Source: the human T2T-CHM13v2.0 reference genome, Homo sapiens
Assembly (NCBI RefSeq): GCF_009914755.1
Contig: NC_060937.1
DNA length: 64,000 nt
Reading direction: 5' to 3' (one strand)
Shown here: in pieces, positions 15,151 to 30,100 of the stretch
Numbering within the stretch: the stretch's first letter is position 1
Layout: each line of letters begins with the position of its first letter
Notes under the pieces: model-generated
What the model was told of the DNA's origin: nothing
Database searches by the model: none
What the model saw: the letters and a program-made list of their open reading frames with translations, nothing else
Program-made: the position numbers and the translations under genes

Positions 15151-18100
15151 ATTTTATTCTGTACATAAAATATCAAAGTACACCAAATATATATTCTATA
15201 CTGTACATAAAATATCAAGGTACCCAACCTATACATTATATACTGTACATAAAATATGAAATTACATCAAATATATATTATATTAGGTACATAAAATATG
15301 AAAGTACATCAAATATAGATTATATACTGTACATAAAATATCAAAGTACCCAAATATATATCATATACTGTACATGTAATATCAAGTTACCCAAACTATA
15401 CATTACATACTGTACATAGAATATGAAATTACATCAAATATATATTATATTAGGTACATAAAATATGAAATTACATCAAATATATATTAAATTAGGTATG
15501 TAAAATATGAAAGTACATCAAATATAGATTATATACTGTACATAAAATACCAAAGTACCACAAATATATATTTTGTACTGTACATGAAATATCAAAGTTC
15601 TCAAACTCTATATTATATACTGCACATAAAATATCAAAGTACCCAAGGTATATATTCCATACTGTACATAAAATGTCAAAGTACCCAAAGCATATATTAT
15701 ATGCTGTATATAAAATATGAAAGTACATCAAATATATATTTTATTCTCTACATAAAATATCAAAGTACACCAAATATATATTCTATACTGTACATAAAAT
15801 ATCAAGGTACCCAAACTATACATTATATACTGTACATAAAATATGAAATTACATCAAATATATATTATATTAGGTACATAAAATATGAAAGTACATCAAA
15901 TATAGATTCTATACTGTACATAAAATATCAAAGTACCCAAATATATATCATATACTGTACATGAAATATCAAAGTTCACAAACTATACATTATATACTGT
16001 ACATGAAATATGAAATTACATCAAATATATATTTTATTAGGTATGTAAAATATGAAAGTACATCAAATATAGATTATATACTGTACATAAAATACCAAAG
16101 TACCCCAAATATATATTTTATACTGTACATGAAATATCAAGGTACCCAAACTATACATTATATACTGTACATAAAATATGAAATTACATCAAATTTAGAT
16201 TATATTAGGTACATAAAATATGAAATTGCATCAAATATATATTATATTATGTATGTAAAATATGAAAGTACATCAAATATAGATTATATACTGTACATAA
16301 AATACCAAAGTACCCCAAATATATATTTTATACTGTACATGAAATATCAAAGTACTCAAACTATATATTATATACTGCACATAAAACATCAAAGTACCCA
16401 AGGTATATATTCCATACTGTACAAAAAATATCAAAGTACCCAAAGCATATATTATATGCTGTACATAAAATATGAAAGTACATGAAATATATATTTTATT
16501 CTCTACATAAAATATCAAAGTACACCAAATATATATTCTATACTGTAAATAAAATATCAAGGTACCCAAACTATACATTATATACTGTACATAAAATATG
16601 AAATTACATCAAATATATATTATATTAGGTACATAAAATATGAAAGTACATCAAATATAGATTCAATACTGTACATAAAATATCAAAGTACCCAAATATA
16701 TATCATATACTGTACATGAAATATCAAAGTTCACAAACTATACGTTATATACTGTACATGAAATATGAAATTACATCAAATATATATTTTATTAGGTATG
16801 TAAAATATGAAAGTACATCAAATATAGATTATATACTGTACATAAAATACCAAAGTACCCCAAATATATATTTTATACTGTACATGAAATATCAAGGTAC
16901 CCAAACTATACATTATATACTGTACATAAAATATGAAATTACATCTAATTTAGATTATATTAGGTACATAAAATATGAAATTACATCAAATATATATTAT
17001 ATTAGGTATGTAAAATATGAAAGTACATCAAATATAGATTATATACTGTACATAAAATACCAAAGTACCCCAAATATATATTTTATACTGTACATGAAAT
17101 ATCAACGTTCTCAAACTATATATTATATACTGCACATAAAATATCAAAGTACCCAAACTATATATTCCATACTGTACAAAAAATATCAAAGTACCCAAAG
17201 CATATATTATATGCTACACATAAAATATGAAAGTACATCAAATATATATTTTATTCTGCACATAAAATATCAAAGTACACCAAATATATATTCTATACTG
17301 TACATAAAATATCAAGGTACCCAAACTATACATTATATACTGTACATAAAATATGAAATTACATCAAATATATATTATATTAGGTACATAAAAAATGAAA
17401 GTACATCAAATATAGATTATATACTGTACATAAAATATCAAAGTACCCAAATATATATCATATACTGTACATGAAATATCAAAGTTCACAAACTATATAT
17501 TATATACTGTACATAAAATATCAAAGTACCCAAACTATACATTATATACTGTACATAAAATATGAAATTGCATCAAATATATATTATATTATGTATGTAA
17601 AATATGAAAGTACATCAAATATAGATTATATACTGTACATAAAATACCAAAGTACCCCAAATATATATTTTATACTGTACATGAAATATCAAAGTACTCA
17701 AACTATATATTATATACTGCACATAAAATATCAAAGTACCCAAGGTATATATTCCATACTGTACAAAAAATATCAAAGTACCCAAAGCATATATTATATG
17801 CTGTACATAAAATATGAAAGTACATGAAATATATATTTTATTCTCTACAAAAAATATCAAAGTACACCAAATATATATTCTATACTGTAAATAAAATATC
17901 AAGGTACCCAAACTATACATTATATACTGTACATAAAATATGAAATTTCATCAAATATATATTATATTAGGTACATAAAATATGAAAGTACATCAAATAT
18001 AGATTCTATACTGTACATAAAATATCAAAGTACCCAAATATATATCATATACTGTACATGAAATATCAAAGTTCACAAACTATACGTTATATACTGTACA

Positions 18101-21100
18101 TGAAATATGAAATTACATCAAATATATATTTTATTAGGTATGTAAAATATGAAAGTACATCAAATATAGATTATATACTGTACATAAAATACCAAAGTAC
18201 CCCAAATATATATTTTATACTGTACATGAAATATCAAGGTACCCAAACTATACATTATATACTGTACATAAAATATGAAATTACATCAAATTTAGATTAT
18301 ATTAGGTACATAAAATATGAAATTACTTCAAATATATATTATATTAGGTATGTAAAATATGAAAGTACATCAAATATAGATTATATACTGTACATAAAAT
18401 ACCAAAGTACCCCAAATATATATTTTATACTGTACATGAAAAATCAACGTTCTCAAACTATATATTATATACTGCACATAAAATATCAAAGTACCCAAAC
18501 TATATATTCCATACTGTACAAAAAATATCAAAGTACCCACAGCATATATTATATGCTACACATAAAATATGAAAGTACATCAAATATATATTTTATTCTG
18601 TACATAAAATATCAAAGTACACCAAATATATATTCTATACTGTACATAAAATATCAAGGTACCCAAACTATACATTATATACTGTACATAAAATATGAAA
18701 TTACATCAAATATATATTATATTAGGTACATAAAAAATGAAAGTACATCAAATATAGATTATATACTGTACATAAAATATCAAAGTACCCAAATATATAT
18801 CATATACTGTACATGAAATATCAAAGTTCACAAACTATATATTATATACTGTACATAAAATATCAAAGTACCCAAACTATACATTATATACTGTACATAA
18901 AATATGAAATTGCATCAAATATATATTATATTATGTATGTAAAATATGAAAGTACATCAAATATAGATTATATACTGTACATAAAATACCAAAGTACCCC
19001 AAATATATATTTTATACTGTACATGAAATATCAAAGTACTCAAACTATATATTATATACTGCATATAAAATATCAAAGTACCCAAGGTATATATTCCATA
19101 CTGTACAAAAAATATCAAAGTACCCAAAGCATATATTATATGCTGTACATAAAATATGAAAGTACATGAAATATATATTTTATTCTCTACATAAAATATC
19201 AAAGTACACCAAATATATATTCTATACTGTAAATAAAATATCAAGGTACCCAAACTATACATTATATACTGTACATAAAATATGAAATTACATCAAATAT
19301 ATATTATATTAGGTACATAAAATATGAAAGTACATCAAATATAGATTATATACTTTACATAAAATATCAAAGTACCCAAATATATGTCATATACTGTACA
19401 TGAAATATCAAAGTTCACAAACTATATATTATATACTGTACATAAAATATGAAATTACATCAAATATATATTATATTAGGTACAGAAAATATGAAATTAC
19501 ATCAAATATATATTATATTAGGTATGTAAAATATGAAAGTACATCAAATATAGATTATATTCTGTACATAAAATACCAAAGTACCCCAAATATATATTTT
19601 ATACTGTACATGAAATATCAAAGTTCTCAAACTATATATTATATACTGCACATAAAATATCAAAGTACCCAAGGTATATATTCCATACTGTACAAAAAAT
19701 ATCAAAGTACCCAAAGCATATATTATATGCTGTACATAAAATATGAAAGTACATCAAATATATATTTTATTGTGTACATAAAATATCAAAGTACACCAAA
19801 TAAATATTCTAAACTGCACATAAAATATCAAGGTACCCAAACTATACATTATATACTGTACATAAAATATGAAATTACATCAAATATATATTATATTAGG
19901 TACATAAAATATGAAAGTACATCAAATATAGATTATATACTGTACATAAAATATCAAAGTACCCAAATATATATCATATACTGTACATGAAATATCAAAG
20001 TTCACAAACTATATATTATATACTGTACATAAAATATCAAAGTACCCAAACTATACATTATATACTGTACACAAAATATGAAATTACATCAAATATATAT
20101 TATATTAGGTATGTAAAATATGAAAGTACATCAAATATAGATTATATACTGTACATAAAATACCAAAGTAACCCAAATATATATTTTATACTGTACATGA
20201 AATATCAAAGTTCTCAAACTATATATTATATACGGCACATAAAATATCAAAGTACCCAAGGTATATATTCCATACTGTACAAAAAATATCAAAGTACCCA
20301 AAGCATATATTATATGCTGTACATAAAATATGAAAGTACATCAAATATATATTTTATTCTGTACATAAAATATCAAAGTACACCAAATATATATTCTATA
20401 CTGTACATAAAATATCAAGGTACCCAAACTATACATTATATACTGTACATAAAATATGAAATTACATCAAATATATATTATATTAGGTACATAAAATATG
20501 AAAGTACATCAAATATAGATTATATACTGTACATAAAATATCAAAGTACCCAAATATATATCATATACTGTACATGAAATATCAAAGTTCACAAACTATA
20601 TATTATATACTGTACATAAAATATCAAAGTACCCAAACTATACATTATATACTGTACATAAAATATGAAATTACATCAAATATATATTTTATTAGGTATG
20701 TAAAATATGAAAGTACATCAAATATAGATTATATATTGTACATAAAATACCAAAGTAACCCAAATATATATTTTATACTGTACATGAAATATCAAAGTTC
20801 TCAAACTATATATTATATAGTGCACATAAAATATCAAAGTACCCAAGGTATATATTCCATACTGTACAAAAATTATCAAAGTACCCAAAGCATATATTAT
20901 ATGCTGTACATAAAATATGAAAGTACATCAAGTATATATTTTATTCTGTACATAAAATATCAAAGTACACCAAATATATACTCTATACTGTACATAAAAT
21001 ATCAAGGTACCCAAACTATACATTATATACTGTACATAAGATATGAAATTACATCAAATATATATTATATTAGATATGTAAAATATGAAAGTACATCAAA

Positions 21101-24100
21101 TATAGATTATATACTGTACATAAAATATCAAAGTACCCAAATATATATCATATATTGTACATGAAATATCAAAGTTCACAAACTATATATTATATACTGT
21201 ACATAAAATATAAAAGTACCCAAACTATACATTATATACTGTACATAAAATATGAAATTACATCAAATATATATTTTATTAGGTATGTAAAATATGAAAG
21301 TACATCAAATATAGATTATATACTGTACATAAAATACCAAAGTACCCCAAATATATATTTTATACTGTACATGAAATATCAAAGTTCTCAAACTCTATAT
21401 TATATACTGCACATAAAATATCAAAGTACCCAAGGTATATATTCCATACTGTACAAAAAATGTCAAAGTACCCAAAGCATATATTATATGCTGTACATAA
21501 AATTTGAAAGTACATCAAATATATATTTTATTCTGTACATAAAATATCAAAGTACACCAAATATATATTCTATACTGTACATAAAATATCAAGGTACCCA
21601 AACTATACATTATATACTGTACATAAAATATGAAATTACATCAAATATATATTATATTAGGTACATAAAATATGAAAGTACATCAAATATAGATTATATA
21701 CTGTACATAAAATATCAAACTACACAAATATATATCATATACTGTACATGAAATATCAAGGTACCCAAACTATACATTATATACTGTACATAAAATATGA
21801 AATTACATCAAATATATATTATATTAGGTACAGAAAATATGAAATTACATCAAATATATATTATATTAGGTATGTAAAATATGAAAGTACATCAAATATA
21901 GATTATATACTGTACATAAAATACCAAAGTACCCCAAATATATATTTTATACTGTACATGAAATATCAAAGTTCTCAAACTATATATTATATACTGCACA
22001 TAAAATATCAAAGTACCCAAGGTATATATTCCATACTGTACAAAAAATATCAAAGTACCCAAAGCATATATTATATGCTGTACATAAAATATGAAAGTAC
22101 ATCAAATATATATTTTATTCTGTACATAAAATATCAAAGTACACCAAATATATATTCTATACTGTACATAAAATATCAAGGTACCCAATCTATACATTAT
22201 ATACTGTACATAAAATATGAAATTACATCAAATATATATTATATTAGGTACATAAAATATGAAAGTACATCAAATATAGATTATATACTGTACATAAAAT
22301 ATCAAAGTACCCAAATATATATCATATACTGTACATGAAATATCAAAGTTCACAAACTATATATTATATACTGTACATAAAATATCAAAGTACCCAAACT
22401 ATACATTATATACTGTACATAAAATATGAAATTACATCAAATATATATTTTATTAGGTATGTAAAATATGAAAGTACATCAAATATAGATTATATACTGT
22501 ACATAAAATACCAAAGTACCACAAATATATATTTTATACTGTACATGAAATATCAAAGTTCTCAAACTATATATTATATACTGCACATAAAATATCAAAG
22601 TACCCAAGCTATATATTCCATACTGTACAAAAAATATCAAAGTACCCAAAGCATATATTATATGCTGTCCATAAAATATGAAAGTATATCAAATATATAT
22701 TTTATTCTGTACATAAAATATCAAAGTACACCAAATATATATTCTATACTGTACATAAAATATCAAGGTACCCAAACTATACATTATATACTGTACATAA
22801 GATATGAAATTACATCAAATATACATTATATTAGGTACATAAAATATGAAAGTACATCAAATATAGATTATATACTGTACATAAAATCTCAAAGTACCCA
22901 AATATATATCATATACTGTACATGAAATATCAAAGTTCACAAACTATATATTATATACTGTACATAAAATATCAAAGTACCCAAACTATACATTATATAC
23001 TGTACATAAAATATGAAATTACATCAAATATATATTTTATTAGGTATGTAAAATATGAAAGTACATCAAATATAGATTATATACTGTACATAAAATACCA
23101 AAGTACCACAAATATATATTTTATACTGTACATGAAATATCAAAGTTCTCAAACTATATATTATATACTGCACATAAAATATCAAAGTACCCAAGGTATA
23201 TATTCCATACTGTACAAAAAATATCAAAGTACCCAAAGCATATATTATATGCTGTACATAAAATATGAAAGTACATGAAATATATATTTTATTCTCTACA
23301 TAAAATATCAAAGTACACCAAATATATATTCTATACTGTACATAAAATATCAAGGTACCCAAACTATACATTATATACTGTACATAAAATATGAAATTAC
23401 ATCAAATATATATTATATTAGGTACATAAAATATGAAAGTACATCAAATATAGATTATATACTGTACATAAAATCTCAAAGTACCCAAATATATATCATA
23501 TACTGTACATGAAATATCAAAGTTCACAAACTATATATTATATACTGTACATAAAATATCAAAGTACCCAAACTATACATTATATACTGTACATAAAAGA
23601 TGAAATTACTTCAAATATATATTTTATTAGGTATGTAAAATATGAAAGTACATCAAATATAGATTATATACTGTACATAAAATACCAAAGTACCACAAAT
23701 ATATATTTTATACTGTACATGAAATATCAAAGTTCTCAAACTATATATTATATACTGCACATAAAATTTCAAAGTACCCAAGGTATATATTCCATACTGT
23801 ACAAAAAATATCAAAGTACCCAAAGCATATATTATATGCTGTACTTAAAATATGAAAGTACATGAAATATGTATTTTATTCTCTACATAAAATATCAAAG
23901 TACACCAAATATATATTCTATACTGTACATAAAATATCAAGGTACCCAAACTATACATTATATACTGTACATAAAATATGAAATTACATCAAATATATAT
24001 TATATTAGGTACATAAAATATGAAAGTACATCAAATATAGATTATATACTGTACATAAAATATCAAAGTACCCAAATATATATCATATACTGTACATGAA

Positions 24101-27100
24101 ATATCAAAGTTCACAAACTATATATTATATACTGTACATAAAATATCAAAGTACCCAAAGTATACATTATATACTGTACATAAAATATGAAATTACATCA
24201 AATATATATTTTATTAGGTATGTAAAATATGAAAGTACATCAAATATAGATTATATACTGTACATAAAATACCAAAGTACCCCAAATATATATTTTATAC
24301 TGTACATGAAATATCAAAGTTCTCAAAATATATATTATATACTGCACATAAAATATCAAAGTACCCAAGGTATATATTCCATACTGTACAAAAAATATCA
24401 AAGTACCCAAAGCATATATTATATGCTGTACATAAAATATGAAAGTACATCAAATATATATTTTATTCTGTACATAAAATATCAAAGTACACCAAATACA
24501 TATTCTAAACTGCACATAAAATATAAAGGTACCCAAACTATACATTATATACTGTACATAAAATATGAAATTACATCAAATATATATTATATTAGGTACA
24601 TAAAATATGAAAGTACATCAAATATAGATTATATACTGTACATAAAATATCAAAGTACCCAAATATATATCATATACTGTACATGAAATATCAGTTCACA
24701 AACTATATATTATATACCGTACATAAAATATAAAAGTACCCAAACTATACATTATATACTGTACATAAAATATGAAATTACATCAAATATATATTTTATT
24801 AGGTATGTAAAATATGAAAGTACATCAAATATAGATTATATACTGTACATAAAATACCAAAGTACCCCAAATATATATTTTATACTGTACATGAAATATC
24901 AAAGTTCTCAAACTATATATTATATACTGCACATAAAATATCAACGTACCCAAGGTATATATTCCATACTGTACAAAAAATATCAAAGTACCCAAAGCAT
25001 ATATTATATTCTGTACATAAAATATGAAAGTACATCAAATATATATTTTATTCTGTACATAAAATTTCAAAGTACACCAAATATATATTCTATACTGTAC
25101 ATAAAATATCAAGGTACCCAAACTATACATTATATACTGTACATAAAATATGAAATTACATCAAATATATATTATATTAGGTACATAAAATATGAAAGTA
25201 CATCAAATATAGATTATATACTGTACATAAAATATCAAAGTACCCAAATATATATCATATACTGTACATGAAATATCAAAGTTCACAAACTATATATTAT
25301 ATACTGTACATAAAATATCAAAGTACCCAAACTATACATTATATACTGTACATAAAATATGAAATTACATCAAATATATATTTTATTAGGTATGTAAAAT
25401 ATGAAAGTACATCAAATATAGATTATATACTGTACATAAAATACCAAACTACCCCAAATATATATTTTATACTGTACATGAAATATCAAAGTTCTCAAAC
25501 TATATATTATATACTGCACATAAAATATCAAAGTACCCAAGGTATATATTCCATACTGTACAAAAAATATCAAAGTACCCAAAGCATATATTATATGCTG
25601 TACATAAAATATGAAAGTACATGAAATATATATTTTATTCTGTACATAAAATATCAAAGTACACCAAATATATATTCTATACTGTACATAAAATATCAAG
25701 GTACCCAAACTATACATTATATACTGTACATAAAATATGAAATTACATCAAATATATATTATATTAGGTACATAAAATATGAAAGTACATCAAATATAGC
25801 TTATATACTGTACATAAAATATCAAAGTACCCAAATATATATCATATACTGTACATGAAATATCAAAGTTCACAAACTATATATTATATACTGTACATAA
25901 AATATCAAAGTACCCAAACTATACATTATATACTGTACATAAAATATGAAATTACATCAAATATATATTATATTAGGTATGAAATTATGAAAGTACATCA
26001 AATATAGATTAAATACTGTACATAAAATACCAAAGTACCCCAAATATATATTTTATACTGTACATGAAATATCAAAGTTCTCAAACTATATATTATATAC
26101 TGCACATAAAATATCAAAGTACCCAAGGTATATATTCCATACTGTACAAAAAATATCAAAGTACCCAAAGCATATATTATATGCTGTACATAAAATATGA
26201 AAGTACATCAAATATAGATTATATACTGTACATAAAATATCAAAGTACACCAAATATATATTCTATACTGTACATAAAATATCAAGGTACCCAAACTATA
26301 CATTATATACTGTACATAAGATATGAAATTACATCAAATATATATTATATTAGGTACATAAAATATGAAAGTACATCAAATATAGATTATATACTGTACA
26401 TAAAATCTCAAAGTACCCAAATATATATCATATACTGTACATGAAATATCAAAGTTCACAAACTATATATTATATACTGTACATAAAATATCAAAGTACC
26501 CAAACTATACATTATATACTGTACATAAAATATGAAATTACATCAAATATATATTTTATTAGGTATGTAAAATATGAAAGTACATCAAATATAGATTATA
26601 TACTGTACATAATATACCAAAGTACCCCAAATATATATTTTATACTGTACATGAAATATCAAAGTTCTCAAACTATATATTATATACTGCACATAAAATA
26701 TCAAAGTACCCAAGGTATATATTCCATACTGTACAAAAAATATCAAAGTACCCAAAGCATATATTATATGCTGTACATAAAATATGAAAGTACATCAAGT
26801 ATATATTTTATTCTGTACATAAAATATCAAAGTACACCAAGTATATATTCTATACTGTACATAAAATATCAAGGTACCCAAACTATACATTATATACTGT
26901 ATATAAGATATGAAATTACATCAAATATATATTATATTATGTACGTAAAATATGAAAGTACATCAAATATAGCTTATATACTGTACATAAAATATCAAAG
27001 TACCCAAATATATATCATATACTGTACATGAAATATCAAAGTTCACACACTATATATTATATACTGTACATAAAATATCAAAGTACCCAAACTATACATT

Positions 27101-30100
27101 ATATACTGTACATAAAATATGAAATTACATCAAATATATATTTTATTAGGTATGTAAAATATGAAAGTACATCAAATATAGATTATATACTGTACATAAA
27201 ATACCAAAGTACCCCAAATATATATTTTATACTGTACATGAAATATCAAAGTTCTCAAACTATATATTATATACTGCACATAAAATATCAAAGTACCCAA
27301 GGTATATATTCCATACTGTACAAAAAATATCAAAGTACCCAAAGCATATATTATATGCTGTACGTAAAATATGAAAGTACATCAAGTATATATTTTATTC
27401 TGTACATAAAATATCAAAGTACACCAAGTATATATTCTATACTGTACATAAAATATCAAGGTACCCAAACTATACATTATATACTGTATATAAGATATGA
27501 AATTACATCAAATATATATTATATTATGTACGTAAAATATGAAAGTACATCAAATATAGCTTATATACTGTACATAAAATATCAAAGTACCCAAATATAT
27601 ATCATATACTGTACATGAAATATCAAAGTTCACACACTATATATTATATACTGTACATAAAATATCAAAGTACCCAAACTATACATTATATACTGTACAT
27701 AAAATATGAAATTACATCAAATATATATTTTATTAGGTATGTAAAATATGAAAGTACATCAAATATAGATTATATACTGTACATAAAATACCAAAGTACC
27801 CCAAATATATATTTTATACTGTACATGAAATATCAAAGTTCTCAAACTATATATTATATACTGCACATAAAATATCAAAGTACCCAAGGTATATATTCCA
27901 TACTGTACAAAAAATATCAAAGTACCCAAAGCATATATTATATGCTGTACATAAAATATGAAAGTACATCAAGTATATATTTTATTCTGTACATAAAATA
28001 TCAAAGTACACCAAGTATATATTCTATACTGTACATAAAATATCAAGGTACCCAAACTATACATTATATACTGTATATAAGATATGAAATTACATCAAAT
28101 ATATATTATATTATGTACGTAAAATATGAAAGTACATCAAATATAGCTTATATACTGTACATAAAATATCAAAGTACCCAAATATATATCATATACTGTA
28201 CATGAAATATCAAAGTTCACACACTATATATTATATACTGTACATAAAATATCAAAGTACCCAAACTATACATTATATACTGTACATAAAATATGAAATT
28301 ACATCAAATATATATTTTATTAGGTATGTAAAATATGAAAGTACATCAAATATAGATTATATACTGTACATAAAATACCAAAGTACCCCAAATATATATT
28401 TTATACTGTACATGAAATATCAAAGTTCTCAAACTATATATTATATACTGCACATAAAATATCAAAGTACCCAAGGTATATATTCCATACTGTACAAAAA
28501 ATATCAAAGTACCCAAAGCATATATTATATGCTGTACATAAAATATGAAAGTAAATGAAATATATATTTTATTCTCTACATAAAATATCAAAGTACACCA
28601 AATATATATTCTATACTGTACATAAAATGTCAAGTTACCCAAAGTATACATTATATACTGTACATAAAATATGAAATTACATCAAATATATATTATATTA
28701 GGTACATAAAAAATGAAAGTACATCAAATATAGATTATATACTGTACATAAAATATCAAAGTACCCAAATATATATCATATACTGTACATGAAATATCAA
28801 AGTTCACAAACTATATATTATATACTGTACATAAAATATCAAAGTACCCAAACTATACATTATATACTGTACATAAAATATGAAATTACATCAAATATAT
28901 ATTTTATTAGGTATGTAAAATATGAAAGTACATCAAATATAGATTATATACTGTACATAAAATACCAAAGTACCCCAAAAATATATTTTATACTGTACAT
29001 GAAATATCAAAGTTCTCAAACTATATATTATATACTGCACATAAAATATCAAAGTACCCAAGCTATATATTCCATACTATACAAAAAATATCAAAGTACC
29101 CAAAGCATATATTATATGCTGTACATAAAATATGAAAGTACATCAAATATATATTTTATTCTGTACATAAAATATCAAAGTGCACCAAATATATATTCTA
29201 TACTGTACATAAAATATCAAGTTACCCAAACTATACATTATATACTGTACATAAAATATGAAATTACATCAAATATATATTATATTAGGTACATAAAATA
29301 TGAAAGTACATCAAATATAGATTATATACTGTACATAAAATATCAAAGTACCCAAATATATATCATATACTGTACATGAAATATCAAAGTTCACACACTA
29401 TATATTATATACTGTACATAAAATATCAAAGTACCCAAAGTATACATTATATACTGTACATAAAATATGAAATTACATCAAATATATATTATATTAGGTA
29501 TGTAAAATATGAAAGTACATCAAATATAGATTATATACTGTACATAAAATACCAAAGTACCCCAAATATATATTTTATACTGTACATGAAATATCAAAGT
29601 TCTCAAAATATATATTATATACTGCACATAAAATATCAAAGTACCCAAGGTATATATTCCATACTGTACAAAAAATATCAAAGTACCCAAAGCATATATT
29701 ATATGCTGTACATAAAATATGAAAGTACATCAAATATATATTTTATTCTGTACATAAAATATCAAAGTACACCAAATACATATTCTAAACTGCACATAAA
29801 ATATAAAGGTACCCAAACTATACATTATATACTGTACATAAAATATGAAATTACATCAAATATATATTATATTAGGTACATAAAATATGAAAGTACATCA
29901 AATATAGATTATATACTGTACATAAAATATCAAAGTACCCAAATATATATCATATACTGTACATGAAATATCAGTTCACAAACTATATATTATATACCGT
30001 ACATAAAATATAAAAGTACCCAAACTATACATTATATACTGTACATAAAATATGAAATTACATCAAATATATATTTTATTAGGTATGTAAAATATGAAAG

